From the NCBI RefSeq assembly GCF_036321535.1, contig NC_087447.1:50470001-50534000 (forward strand): DNA of 64,000 nucleotides. Direction: 5' to 3'. The stretch comes from Camelus dromedarius (Eukaryota). Under the pieces are notes generated by a model, which saw nothing but the letters and a program-made list of their open reading frames with translations, was not told the origin of the DNA and did no database searches. This document shows positions 1 through 13,434 of this stretch, piece by piece; position 1 is the stretch's first letter; each line of letters begins with the position of its first letter. A program made the position numbers and the translations under genes.

Positions 1-3000
1 CTCCCTCTCCTCGCCTCTCTCTTTCTCCTTCCTCTCCCTCTCCTTTCCCATCTCTCCCCTCTGTCTCTGTCTCTGTCTCCGTTTAGAGTTGCCAGAGGTG
101 AGCGCTATAGAAACTAGGGTACTGGGCTCTCATATGAAAATAAAAAAAGCTAAACCCTCCGACTGAAAGAGCTCTTCATGCCTGTGCCACAGAAATCCAG
201 GGGCCAAGAGAGGGGAGATTGTGGCTGCAGATGTGAAAAAAACACCCTCCTTTGATGGCCCACAGGGAGAGAATTGAAGACATACTGCCCCGTGCATGGA
301 AGTCCTGAACCAGCTTTTTAAAAGGCTCCTGGACGGCCAGAATTCCCTGCTGTTTCTTTCTCCCACTGCCCCACTCACACTTCAGGTTCTGACCTTGACA
401 TCTGCCCACAGCACACTGTGATGTCTGGCCCATTCAGCTCCTCCATCAGCCACCTGGACACCTGGCTGTCAGCCTTGGCTTCACCCAGGGCCCCAGCCTC
501 ACCTGCCTGCCCCTCCGGACCTTACCCCAGAACTCACCCCATTTCCTTTGGCTGGTCTCACCCTGCAGCTGGTGACTGAAGCTGTCACTGTGTCTGCACT
601 TTTTTCCACTTTTTTCCACGTAGCTGTGCCCAAGGCAGCCAGGATGGCGTGCATGGTGGAGGCTTTACGGGTGAGGGCCAGTTCTGCCACTGGCTTGCTG
701 GGTGACCTTGGACTGAGCCTCAGTAGCTTCATTAAAAATACGAGGAGAATAATGTCTACCTTGCAGGATTGTAGTGAAGATGAAAGTGCAGATACTCCAT
801 CCACATCAGTTCCTTCTTTTCAGTAAAATAAAGACCCTTCCAAGGGCTGCCTGCAGGGGGAGCCCAGCGCCTGGAAGACCTGAATCAGCCCTTTAAAAGG
901 CTCCTGGGCCTTGGATCAACCCTGTAGTTAGCTTCCCTCAGGCCGTGCACCCAATAACAGTTCTGGAAAGGGGCCAGGTGGATGTTGTGCTATTTCTCAG
1001 GCTGGAAGGGTTTTGGACACAGTGGTGACAGGGGAAGGTTACACAGTCTCCAGGCTGCTGATTCCAGGTCTTGGGGGATTATTATAACTATGAATAGGAA
1101 TACTCTTATAGTAAAAAACCTCTAGATTGACACTGGGTGTCTGAGCAATTTGAGAAGACAAGACAGGGCTGGGCATGGGGGTGGGAAAGGCTGGGCATCA
1201 AGGGAGACAGTGGGGAGGGTCTGTTGGCAGGAGCTCCACGGTGGAGGGCCCTGGCCTTCAGCAGTGGGGAATGTGCCAAGTAGGAAAGTGAGATGCGAGG
1301 GCTGGGCTGCAGGTAGACTGGGGACGGTGCAGGCCAGTGGGAATGGGGGCAGGAAAGGGCACGGAGGCCAGGGCCGTTGCTGAGGACCCAGATGATGGGT
1401 CCTACACTAAGGCAGAGACCACTGTGTTGGGTGGGACAGACATCGGGACTGATTAAGGGGGCAAGGGAAAGGGTCATGAGAAGAGAGGGTGGTCACTCCT
1501 GGTTCCGGCCAGGGGACAGGGCAGAGCACAGTCAGGGTAATCTGTGGCTCATCGGGGAGAGGCCTGGCAGAAGCTGGGTGCTGGGCCTGGAGCCCAGAAG
1601 GAAGGTCTAGGTCAGCACTGGAAGAGAAGTGCCAGCAAGAGCCTCACTTTCGTCTGTGTGTGGGGACCGCTGCACCTGCCTCCCCAGAGAGGGTGTGGTA
1701 GGCTGCTCAAGCCAGCATCCAGGAAAGCCCTGGATGAGATGAGCATCACCTCCGTGTTATTTAATAGGAAATGCAAGTGGCAGACACTGGACAAACCTCT
1801 GCCACATGCAGACTCGGACCAGGCCTTTCGGAGGGGGACAGGATGCTGGGGTCTGCTGTCTTCTCACTGTCCATCAGTTGTCAGAGAGATTCCCCAAGCA
1901 AGTCTCCTCTGTGGGTTGGGGCCCACCTATTGCTCTGTGCAGCGCCGTCCTTCCTCCCTGGCTGGGCAGCTGAGCCCAGGGAGCCTGATGGCTGGAGAGG
2001 GATCACGAATCTTGGGGTTGCTAGAGGGTCTCTGGTTCTTTTGGGAACAGCTTGCTTGCCCCCTAGTGGACTTCTGAAGAGTCTTGAGAACTCAGGGAAA
2101 TCTCTTGGACTGGGACCTTGGAAATTCAGCCCACCCTGCCCACATCCTGATGGGGAGACTGGAGCCCCGAGCAGGAATGGCTACTGCAAGCAAATCCAGG
2201 AGCAGAGCTGGGACAAGACGTGGTGTGGCTGGGCCTCAGGAAAGCGCCTGAGCTCTGGCGTCTCACAGCACCAGGTGAACTCAGGAGCAACAGAGGTGAA
2301 GGTACCCACTTCCTAGGGCTGCAAGGACCACTCCCTGAGACAGCACACACACAACATGCTCAGTACACATGAGGCCCTGCTCCCCATCATTTCACCTCCC
2401 CATGTAAGAATATAGACTCAGCTCTGATAGTCTTTGAGCAAATGTGGATTTTCATGTGGGTACGTTTCCTTAAGGAGAGGTTCCCCTGCCACCACAGTGG
2501 TCTTCCCCACCTCTCCAGCCCTATTATATTTCTTCTCCCACTGAGGTCACAGAAAGAGGATTTCGACCCAGCCGGGCCCTCAGGAAGCCCCCAGTCTGCA
2601 GGCACAGGGCTGGACAGGGTGGCTGGGGAGCTGAGAGGCCAGAGAAGGTGCCCCTCCTGCAGTAGGCAGGGGTGGAAAGGAGAGTTTCAAGGAAGGCTTC
2701 CTGGAAGAAGTGGCAGAGGCATGGAGGGTGAGGAGGAGTTGGCCAGGAGTGGGAAGCAGAGGGGCTGGGGAAGAGCACCCAGGCTAGTGCAAGGCTTGGA
2801 GGTGAGGGTGACCATAGCAGCAAGTGATGGGAAGGAGAGACAGGGTAGCCAAGGTCACACCGCCCACCTGGTGTGGAGGACCCCAGCTAAGCATTGGACT
2901 AAGCAAGCCCAGATGTAGATACAGCAGAGGAGAAACAAGGCAGGAGACCTCAGGAGCTGGTGTTGCAGGAGGGGAGATTGTTCACTGAGAGGCTTCGGGC

Positions 3001-4424
3001 TAACTAGTTCATTAGTTTGTTCATTCATCATTTCCACCTCCCAGGGCATGACTCTTCCTGGATGAAAAGAATGAACTCTATCAGGTTCCTTTCAACAAGA
3101 GGGTCAGACAAGGCAACCACTAAGTACGTACAAAGGGCAACCGGGAAAGGGTTTCAGGAGGAGGTGGCTTTTTAGGTAGACTCTGAAGGATGTGTAGGAG
3201 TTCACCAAATGTTGAAAAAAGGATAAGGTCATCTAGATAAAGAAAACAGCAAGAACAAGGTGTGGTATCACGAAGGGTTTGGGGAAGAGCGACCATCTGA
3301 CATGGCCAGAGAGTTGGGTGTATAGGGGGCAGATGAGGTGAAGACAGGGGGAGTAGAGCCTTAAATGCCAGGTTAAAGTCTTCAGCATCTCTCAGGAGAC
3401 CATCCCAAATTGTGCCAACCTGAAGAACCATGAACCAAACAGTTTCGGATCAGCAGGCCCTGTGAGGACCTTCCCTGAGCCCCAGGTGCTGTAGGGAGAA
3501 CCCCATCCCCTAGAGATGCCAGGAGTGTCCCACTGCTGGGAACTGACCCCAAGGGAGAGGAGGATGGCCCCAGGCTGATGGGGGAGGGTAGGGGACTTCA
3601 AGGGGACCAGTTGGCACTGATTCATCATGAAAGTCACGACTTGGGGCCCCATCTCGGGGTTCCACCCAGGCACATGCACGGAAGCCCCATGCAAATGCTG
3701 GGCCAGCCCCTCATGAGGGGAGGGCCACCTTCGAGAACCTCCTCAGCCTCACCAGGAAGGTTCTGTGCTCACCTTGTTCACAGAGAAGAAAGCAGTGTGC
3801 CCCTAAGGCCACCCTCTCTAGGAACCTTCCAGGGACCGTTGCCATTTCTCTGGGCTCCTGTAGTAATATGCAACCGCCTCTGATCAGGAGACAGATAGAG
3901 GTCACTTCACCCCTCTGAGCTTCTGTTTTCTCTTCTAGAAAGTGGGCAAATACCTCCTGTCCCAGAGGGTGGCTGTGGTTGAGATAATGTGCATGGAAAC
4001 TCCAGGCATAGGGCCTGGCCCACAGGGGGCAGCGGGTAAATGTAGACTAAACCAGCCCCAAAGCCTGTGGGTGCAGAATAAGGAGGCCCAGCCCCAGGCC
4101 AGGGCACAACCAGGAGCCAGGCGGGCATTGGCTTTCCACCTTGGTGACCTCGTCCCCAACTGACGGGAGAAGGTTGGGGAGAGGTGAGGACCACAGTGTG
4201 CGGATCTATTCACACACAGCGTTGGCTTTGGTGATAGGGTTCCTCCACCCCAGAGCCCCTAGATTCTGATGTGGGGGTTCAGATCCAGGGCCTCTGAGAG
4301 CAGAGCTGGCTCAGCCCTTCTCAGCCTGGGCAGCTCAGAGGGTGGGCAGAGTGCCAGGGGCTACTCCCCCCACACTACCATCCTGGAGGGCCTGAGAGTA
4401 AGGAGACCTGTGGCCAGATCCAGG

Positions 4425-4720
4425 CACACCCTGACATGTAACCCACACACTCACAAGGCACGCGCTGGGACACACACCACACAGGCAGACATGCACTGTG
4501 GACGCAGACATGAATATCAGGAGATCTGCTGCTGCTCCCAGACTTTGGTGCCCACGCAGACACACGTGGGCACATGCTGTACACAGCTGAGGCAGCATAC
4601 CTGCAGACACACACAGGCTCACACACACACACCAGTGCACATATACACAGACAACGACACACACAGATACACTCACAGACAAGCACACACATGCGGACAC
4701 AGCCACATGTACAGGAACAA
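4425..4720. repeat. Degenerate CA-rich low-complexity tract
   Basis: Dense cacacac/acacag repeats; explains the spurious H/T-rich and C/V-rich ORFs here. Confidence 0.8.
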
Positions 4721-5431
4721 GGTCACCTGCCTGCTCAGGGCCCTTTGAGTGCTGATACCCACGCAGTGTGCACACAGCCACCCAGGCCTGTTAACACACT
4801 GGCACCCCAAGTCACAGCTGCAGCACACTCCTTGGGGACACCATGCTTTCACAGTGTTGCCTCCTTTGACCTGACAGCAGCCTGGTAAGGCAGGCAGCGC
4901 GGGGGTCTGGTGCCCAACATGCAGTGAGGAGCTGAGGGGCTTAGAGAGGCCCATGAGCCAGCTCATGGGAGGAAAGAGGGATCCTAGTTTGAATTCTGGT
5001 CCCCTTGTGTCTGCTTCCTGCTGGGTCTCCATTTACCAGCTGTGTGCCCAGGGATACACACAGAGCCTCAGGCCAGAGGTCATCTCACCGTCACTAGACC
5101 AAATGTTCCTTTTACAGATGAAGAGGCAGAGGCTGGGAGGGAAAATCCACAGGCCTAGTGTGGTCCACACAGAGTTCTGTGGAGGAACCAGGGCCATGCA
5201 CCTGGCCCCCAGCCCATGGCAGCACCACACGTCAGACAGGACCTCACACAGAGCCTCAGGCACATCCCACAGAGGGGTGCGCACATCTTCCCTTCCTATC
5301 CCTTCCGCAGGCTCGCTCAGAGCCAGTCACGATGTTTCTAGATTTTTTCGTTAATTCTTGCAATGACATGGGAGGTAAGGGTGACTGTTTTTGCATTTGA
5401 GGAAACTGAGGAGTAAAAAGATTAGGTCTAA

Positions 5432-5712
5432 TAGAAAACAAACTTATGGTTATGGGGGCGGGGGGTAAGAGAGGGTGGAGGGATAAATTGGGAGTTTGGA
5501 ATTAGCAGATACTAACTACTATATATAAACTAGTAAACAACGACGCCCTACTGCACAGCACAGGGAGCTGTATTCAGTACCTTGTAATAACCTATAATGA
5601 AAAAGTATATGAAAAGGAATATACATACGTATATGTATAAGTGAATCACTACGCTGTGCACCAGAAATGAACACAACATTGTAAACCAACTATACTTCAA
5701 TTAAAAAAAAAT
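5432..5712 (+). mobile_element. 5'-truncated L1 3' UTR (cetartiodactyl type)
   Basis: Homologous to the 3' end of the L1 at 23185-23460; A-tail; TSD attaggtctaa at 5421-5431 and 5713-5723. Confidence 0.85.
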
Positions 5713-6662
5713 ATTAGGTCTAAAGTTGTGCAGTCAGGATGGCAGGGGCATCTCCTAAAGCCGAGTCGAGCACTTTCCACCACGCAGCTGCTCATGGCTC
5801 CATACACACGTCTCCCACATCCCTCTCACGTCTCCTCTCTCTGTCTCTGTCTCACACACACACACACACAGAGCACAGCCCCCACAGCAGAACATTTTCT
5901 TGAGGACCCACAGTTCAGTTTTAGTGCCAGCTCCCCACTCCCAAGGAGTCTTCTGAAGAAGAATGAGTTTGTTTAGAGCTTAACCTGCCCCCTGGCCCCT
6001 GGCCCTCTCCCCTCAGTTAAGGAAATGAATTCCATGTGCGCCCGGTCCACCTGCACTGAAATCAGCCTCTGGGGTTTGGAAAGTACTCTTTGATGTTGGG
6101 AATCAGTTTAATGAGTTGGTTGTGGGGTTTTTTTGGGTTGGGGGGTAGGTTTCCCCTGTAAGACATAAGTCTTTTTTCCCTAAGAACCAAGGAATTATCA
6201 CTCCCCTCCTTACCCCTCTCCTGAGATTTGGGGAGTCCAAGACCTGGAATCCCAACACAGCACTCACAGAAGCCCAAAAGGTTAGGCCAGCTCCGGGAGG
6301 ACAGGCAGGGAAGGAGGCAGCTTGCTCTGAGCGTTTGCTGTGGGCCAAGCCCTGGTCAGGAACAAGCCTCATGTGGGCTCTGTGCACACCCATTTTAGAG
6401 ATGACAAAACAGAGGCTCCAAGAAGTGGTGTGAGGTGAGCACATGGTCTGGCCACAGTGCCTGGTCCCCATCTTGCTTCTGCCCATGGCAGCCATGCCAC
6501 TTGGGACAAATGACCTCCTCTCTCTGGGCCTGGGCACCTGGGCTGTCTGGTGGGGACAGTGTTCTCCAGGTAAGGAACAGTGAGTTCTCTAATGAGCTCT
6601 CAAGAGTCAGAACCATTTGTCAAGAACAAAGCACTGCATGAAAGGAAGAGGCTATTTCTATT

Positions 6663-6750
6663 TTTATTCTTTTTGTGTCTAGAAGCAAGTTTACCCATAG
6701 GATTCACACAGGAACACCTCTATTAATATCGCTCTAGGGCACCTTTTAAT
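6663..6750 (-). terminator. Candidate GC-D polyadenylation signals
   Basis: Minus-strand ATTAAA (6745-6750) and AATAAA (6663-6668), about 150-235 nt after the stop codon. Confidence 0.5.
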
Positions 6751-6897
6751 AAGCGCCTTGGTGGTCACCAGGGAGCTCAGCAAAAGAGTTCTTTGTTGGG
6801 AGTGGAGCAGGGAGAGGGCTTGGGGTGTCCAGGCACAGGGGACTCTGGGCGGGGACTCCGGGCTGGTACCCACCCCTGCCGCACTCTGTCCCTCTCC

Positions 6898-7006
6898 TCA
6901 TGGCCTGGCCGAGGCCTTCCCCGAGCTCCAGGGCCCGGCTATGCTCTGGCGGGCTTTGGCAAAGGCCACCTTGATTTCTTGGTTTATGAGGTCTTGCCAG
7001 GGGTCC
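6898..7006 (-). pseudogene. Gucy2d: GC-D exon 19, coding part with terminal stop
   Basis: ttccccag|G DPWQDLINQEIKVAFAKARQSIAGPWSSGKASARP*; TGA at 6898-6900. Confidence 0.9.
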
Positions 7007-8149
7007 CTGGGGAAAAAGGACAAACAGGAATAATAAACCCTGACCCAGAACAACAGTGGTGGCTGTTTAGAGCCCACAGCTGCTTACAAGGATCCCCTTG
7101 CTCTCGTTGGCTCCTCCTGACCCCCGCAGCAGCCCTGCCGTGGGCAAACCACTGGTTGTCAGGGGCAGAGCGGAGAGAAGGGGCCCCTGTGTGGAGTGTC
7201 ACTGTGACAGGTGATGGGAGCCAGTTCCATGGGTACTGCTGCCTGGGTCGTGGCTACACCAAAACATGAGAGGGGCCTTTTGTCTCCTTCCCCTGATTTC
7301 CACCAGCTTCCCTAAGCAGCCCCAAATATAAAGATAGACAACTTCTGCAGATAGGGCAAATATTGAAAGTGAGAATGAAAGCATCTTTAGAAAACTTGAC
7401 TTAAAAATCTTGTTACAGAAATTAACACAGCCTTGTAAACTTCAATTTAAAAAAAAGAAAATCAAGCTATAGCATACAGTTCAAGTAAAAATTTGGTAAC
7501 TGCCTTGTAAACACAACTCCAAGACAAGTTCCCATCCAGCTGGCCCTTCCTACAGAGATTCTGCATGTCTTCTTGTGTGTCTGCCTGGGGTCCGTGGGTC
7601 TGCCTGTCTGTGATCTCATCTCCAAGCATAGGGAGGGGTGTATGGTAGTATTTCCACTTGTGTGTGCACCTGACACCCATGACAGGTAGAGTGTGTGTGC
7701 ACGTGTGGGCGCACTTGTGCGCTCAGGCCCCGGGTGCCCACCTCCTGGATCTGAGCCTGTGGGTATGGGATTCTCCCCTGCTGCCCGGAGGCCTGGGAGG
7801 CTCCTAGGTCGGGCAGAGCTCACTGTGGCTAATCTCTGCTCTCCTCCCTCCCTGAACCAAGAAGATGAAAACATTGCTGGCACTTTATAAAGTTTCTGTC
7901 CCAGAGTGGAAAAGTCATCCCTGACAGAGCTCAGAATGACAAATGGCTGCCAGACCTGCTGGTCCCCAATTCCAGGACGGGGTGGACGAGGCAGGGGACT
8001 GGCAGCTGGGCTGCCTAGGGCCTGCACAGCCAGGTCCCTGCGAGGGAGATGGTGGGAGCTCACCTCCCTGGGCATCAAGCATCTGCAGGCCCATCAGCTG
8101 GCCAGGCTGTCCTGGGCAAAGTTCCATAAATGCATCAATAAGAAATATC

Positions 8150-8620
8150 AGGGAGTAACAAGTGCTACGGGGACCCAGTGTGGGGAGATGGGAGGGAGGG
8201 TGACAGCAGGGCTCGGATTAGAGTATGTGATGCGATCCACCTCGTGAAGGAGGCAGCATCAGAGCTGAGACCTGCAGGAGAGGAAGGGACAGGCCAGGGT
8301 GTTCTAGATACAGGGGGCAGTAAGAGCAAAGGCCCTAAGGTGGGAAGCGCTGAGAGTCTTGAGGAGCAGCAGGGAGCCCCTGAGCAGGTGGTGCACAGTG
8401 GAAGGTGCTGGAAAGCTGAGCTTAAGGGGCAGGTCCAGGAATAACAGAATGGGACCCCAGAGTCAACTTCAGAGTTCAGGCTTGAGTCTCGGAGTAGGAA
8501 GACCCAGAGAGTATTAAACAGGGAACTTTCATATTAATCATGTTTGTGTTTTACTTAAAATATCACTCTGGCTGCTGTGTGGAGGTGGATGAGGGGAGAT
8601 GGTGAGGCCTCCTGCAGTTG
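8150..8620 (-). mobile_element. L2 LINE fragment
   Basis: gagctgagacctg...agcaaaggccctaagg...atcactctggctgctgtgtggag. Confidence 0.6.
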
Positions 8621-10870
8621 CCCAAAGAGAGGAGGAGGTGAAGAAGCCGGCAGGCTTGGGGTGTGATGGACTGGAGCTGCAGGACTTGCTGGGGATTCCA
8701 GAACAGTGTCCAGCTTTCTGACTGAGGGTGGCGAGGCCACCCATGAGAGAACGCTGGTGGAGGGCCAGGCCGCCAGGTGGGCCTGGTGGATCTCCAGTGC
8801 CGTGGAAGCTCCAGAAGGAATTGTTGAGGGGTCAGTGTGAGCTACCCGGGGCCTGGAGCTTGGAGGGGAGGCTGGGGGCCGAGGCCCGTGACAGTGTCAT
8901 TGGCGTGAAGAGAGGAAGGGAGGCCGCAGGGAGGTGGCCGATGCAGCCCCAGCATCCATGGCTTGGGGAGAGCAGAGGAGCTGGTGGGGAGCCTGGGGAG
9001 CGTGAGCTGGAGAGCAGGTAGCACAGCCAGGGCGCCAAGGAGGCCCAGAGAGCATGTTTCTAGGAAGAGGGAGGCAGGGGAAATGCTGCGAGCCATCAGG
9101 CTGAGAACTAAAACTGCCCACGGAGCTGGTGACATGCGCGGAGGTCACCAGTGACCTCACAGAGCTCTCTGGGCCGTTGGGGGTGGAAGTCAGGCTGCGG
9201 GAGCTGGGCCTGGAGTGGGAGGTGAGGAAGTGCAGTCAGCGTCAGCAGACAGGACTTCTGAGAAGTGCGGCTGCCAGTGGAGGCAGAAGTGGGGTGGGCC
9301 CCCGAGGGCCTTGAGGGCAGAGGACGTCTTGCCCTTGGAGGCCAGAGAGGAGGTTGGAGTAGAGGAGCTCAGTGGATGGGAACAGGATGAGGGGGTGGGT
9401 GAGCTGGGGCTGCTGTGGCATGTGGGAGGGCCCAGGGAGAGCAGGGACCTGCCCGAGGTCACACAGCCAGTCCCGAGCCCTGTCCTCACCCAGCAAGCCA
9501 TCTGCAAAGTTGCAGGACCCAGGGTTGTGTGGAGGCCTTTCTGTGAACATAAGCTGGCTTTGCACCCAGGAGGCTAGAGTGTCCTTATAAAAAGGATGCA
9601 GCTGTGTGTCCTGTACCCTGGGGGCTTCTCCATACACCAGTGTGTGTCCATCCGTCCCCCTCCTCCTCCCTACCTCGCTGGACCCAGTGTGTGTCAGGGA
9701 AGGCACTCAGATATGAAGATGAACAGGGCACTGCCTGCCCCAGGCACCGCTCTGCCCGGGCTCCCTGGGGCCCCAGGGGCACCTTGACAGAAGGAAATGG
9801 CTGCTCTGACTGCCCGCAGCCCCTGTCCACATCAGTCCTTCTGCTTGGAGGACACATAGCCTGGGCTGTTTAGTGCTAGTCTTTTCCCAGGAAGCCCATG
9901 AGTTGCCCACACGCTTCCCATCTTTGAGAAATGAGAGGTAGGTAGCCGGGATGGGGCCATCCTGGAAGAGCTGAGAAGGGCTAGTCAGAAGTTCTGATGA
10001 GGGAAAGACTCTGGGCCGAAAGATCTGAGGTGGTTGTGCAGTGGGGCCCTGCTGGAGCTCTGAACATCCCCAGGGCAGCCTCCCACTGGTGGAATAAGCC
10101 TGTGGGCCTGAGGGCCACCTCATCAGTAGGAAACTAATTCTCAGCAACGGACAACACTTACACGCTCTGCCCTCTGTGGACTGCCCACTGTTGAGTGGAA
10201 GAGAGTGAGGAACAGCACGTCGCAGTAAAACGTCCTTGCTTCCTCCACCACCTCACCTGTGTTGCCCTCAGCAAGGGACATGGACAAAGGACAGAGGACA
10301 AAGGAAAGAGCCCAACTGCAGGGCAGGCACAAACTCTCTGAGAATCTGCTTCTTTTGGCTCCTACAATATGAGTGCCCTTTGATCTGTAAATTCCTCGTC
10401 TGCAGAATTAGTCTGAATGGTGACAAAAGCCCAGTGATATTTATCAACGCATCAACCTGTAACCAGCTCAGGTGGGAAGAATCTACATGCCCTGCCACAA
10501 GAGAAAGGCTGAGCTAATCACGGCGCCCGCATGTTGCAATCCCAATGCCATAAGTGTTAGTAAAGTGCTCTGAACAATACAGGAGGGCGCTCAGGATGTT
10601 GAGCGGACAGCACAGATCGGAATGAGAAGTTACGGAGGCAGCATGATCTCACCCACAACAGATGCATCAGAAACAGGCTGGCAGGAACCATGCTAAAGTG
10701 CTAAGCGTGGCTGTCTCTCAGGACCGGAAAGATAGCGATTAATCATTAAAGAATTCTGCATTTTCCAAGTTTTCCCAATAGGCAGGTAATACTTCCATAA
10801 TCAGAAAAATAGCAAATGTCAAATTTCAAACAAAAGAGGCCAAGCTTTGGGGGAAACTCCCCTCACTCAC

Positions 10871-10956
10871 CCTGGTTTGATGTCCAAAGGTGTGGGGAGG
10901 GCTCTGGGGAAGCCCGCCTTCCCCACCAGCCAGTAGGTCTCCTCGATGCCCTTCCC
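10871..10956 (-). pseudogene. Gucy2d: GC-D exon 18
   Basis: ttccag|GKGIEETYWLVGKAGFPRALPTPLDIKP|gtgagt. Confidence 0.92.
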
Positions 10957-11039
10957 CTGGAAGACAGAGGAAAGGAGTTGAGCAAACCTTCACAAACTGA
11001 GACCAAGGGCAGAGGCATGTGACTCCTAAGCTCTGGGGA

Positions 11040-11190
11040 CAGCAGCCTAGAGCCTGGAGGCAGACTGGGTCCAAATCCTGGCTCTGTCACTTGCCAGCTG
11101 TGGGACCTTGGCCAACTTACTTCACCTCTCTGTGCCTCAGTTTCCTCAATGCCTCATAGTGTTGTGAGGATTAAATAAGTTAATATTTAT
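11040..11190 (+). mobile_element. MIR SINE (one of many; others near 12130, 16530, 17350, 18970, 27150, 31750, 40110, 41430, 44410, 45460, 47600)
   Basis: MIR core ctgtgggaccttggccaacttacttcacctctctgtgcctcagtttcctc...gttgtgaggattaaat. Confidence 0.8.
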
Positions 11191-12550
11191 CTGTTAGAGA
11201 CATAAATAAATAATGACTTACGAATGTGGTAACCAGCAGACCTGGCATGCTGAGATCCCAGGATTCTATGATCTGTGATTCTCCCAAACTATTGAAGGAT
11301 CTGGTGGCCTCCCCTGGGATTGGCGTGCAGCCATCTGGAGTTAGGAGCAAAGAGGACGTGAGGGGCACTGGGGTCAGGGCTGGCTGTCCTAGACGTTCCA
11401 CACCCCACCTTGGCCAGGGGTGGGTATTGCCACTTGGATCCCCGGGCCAGCCCAAAGAACTCGAGGTCGGCATGCCGCCCTCCCCAGTCCCTCTCTGATC
11501 CCCTTCTGTCATCAGAATCCTCATCCTCAGGACATCTAGCGTCCACTCCCCCAAATAAGACACGCCTGCCCTTACTCCAGATCACTCTCCCTCAGCCTCC
11601 AGAGCAAAGGATTCCACGTATGCTGGCCTTCATAGGCTGTGTGACTTTGGATGAGTTACTGTCCTCTCTGAGCTGCACCCTCCTGCTCTGACATTCCACT
11701 GTGTAATGAAGTGAGTCCCGTGGAGCACCCTATTTCTGGGGCCCAGCTGCAGCCCTTGGCCTTTAAATGTCTAGGCTGCTCTAGACTCTTCCAGGCCTGG
11801 CTCTAGCTGAGGAATTGGGGGAATGAAAGAGGGTGGGGTAGGAAGAAAAGTCATTCATAGGATGGTATTGAAGGTTAACATTTAAAAAAAGAATACAGAA
11901 GTGACAGACCCATCTCTGCCCTTTGGTGCTCAGGGGCAAGTAAAAACCATTATCACACCTACAACAGCAGAGGGCTGGCCGTGGGCCTGGTGGGTGCACA
12001 GAGAAGGCCTGATAGTTACTGCTGTGGGGATGGAAGAAGAGGGGTACTCCTGGGTCAGGGCAGGCTTCAGTGAGAGTTAAGGTGTGTGCTAGGGTTCTGA
12101 GGGATGAGTAGGAGCCCAACAGTGCTATGGAGAAGGCACAGGCTTTGGAGCCACCAGACCTGGGAAACAGCTGTGTGACTTTGGACAAGTCATTTTGCCT
12201 CCCTAATTTAATTTCCTAACTATAAAATGGGGACATTGATCCTCCTTTCATTATTTCTGTAATAAATATGGTAATATATGCTGTGCACCAGCATGCCGCC
12301 CAGGTAGGTGACTAATAGAAGTAACTTCTCTGCCCTGGCCCTTCTCCTCATGGGAGCCAAATGAGGGAGTAGCTCCTAGGAAGAAATGTTGACTTAGAAG
12401 TTGGGGAGTGAAGAAGACACTTAAGGTGATCATCCCCCTGGCAGGCATTTCCTTCAGCTACATCAGTCAGATGAGAATCTCTCCTGCTGCCCACAGAAAC
12501 TGAACCTCTGGAGACATTTCCCATCAATCCTAGGAAAGAAAGTCTCCCAC

Positions 12551-12645
12551 CTTTAGCTCAGTCTGGCCTCTGATGTCAATTTTGTAGCCTTCATCCAGGC
12601 TGAGCGGTGCCTGGACAGTGCTGCTGCGGACATGAGTTCTGTACG
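12551..12645 (-). pseudogene. Gucy2d: GC-D exon 17
   Basis: tctcag|PYRTHVRSSTVQAPLSLDEGYKIDIRGQTELK|gtggga. Confidence 0.92.
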
Positions 12646-13434
12646 CTGAGAAGAAAGGTAGTAGTCAAGTGACCACCTAGCGTCTGGTTAAAATCTTTAA
12701 AAGCCTCAGTTCCAGCCAGCAATGCACACAATTCTGATTCATGCAATACCCTTCGCCTGGCCCTCTTGTCCTAGTAGATTGTTGGGTGCTAAAATAGGGG
12801 TCTCAAGGAAAAGCAAATTATAACATGGATTGAGTGTTAAGAAGAACTCAAGATGAGGTCAGAACCTTGGGAACATAATCACTGCTTATAGGGAAGACAG
12901 TGAAGGCTGAGTCAGGGCAGATAAGCAGTCATTCTTCTTTTACAGGCAGGACTCCCCAGTAGGGCATCTGTTTAAGCAGAATGTCTGCTGAGCAGTGTTA
13001 GGGTGCCCACAACCTGTGCAGCCAGAAACAGGCTCAGCTTTTTCAGCTGCTCCAACCAAGCCTTCGGAGAGGCCCCTGCTGACAGCAAGGGCCTAAAATG
13101 GCATTTTAAAAACATTGAAAAGGGTCTCCTCATTGTAAGGATGGGGAAACCAAGCCCTAGAGGAAGAGCGTTTTGCTCAAGGACACTAGGCACACTGGCT
13201 GCAGTCAGGCCGAGGACCCAGGCTTCCTGCTTTTCCAGTCATTGTTCTCTCATGAGATCATCACAGAAACCCTGTGGAAGGTTAAAAGAATCAGTGACAT
13301 ACGTCTCCGTATAGTTGTTTACTGTTAACTAGGGTACGCTGCCACCAGGTGGTGATTTAGTTACTAAGTCCTGTTTGAAACATCCAGGCTTCAGGGGTCA
13401 TTCCCTGGGCAGGATAGAAACATGAGACACTCAC

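Noticed and set aside
4269..4888. His/Thr-rich and Cys/Val-rich ORFs resembling metal-binding proteins
   Set aside because: They are translations of a degenerate CA/TG tract.
13341..13355. CTCF-like motif GCCACCAGGTGGTGA (similar ones near 4018 and 15790)
   Set aside because: Imperfect matches are common in GC-rich DNA, and nothing in the sequence independently supports them.
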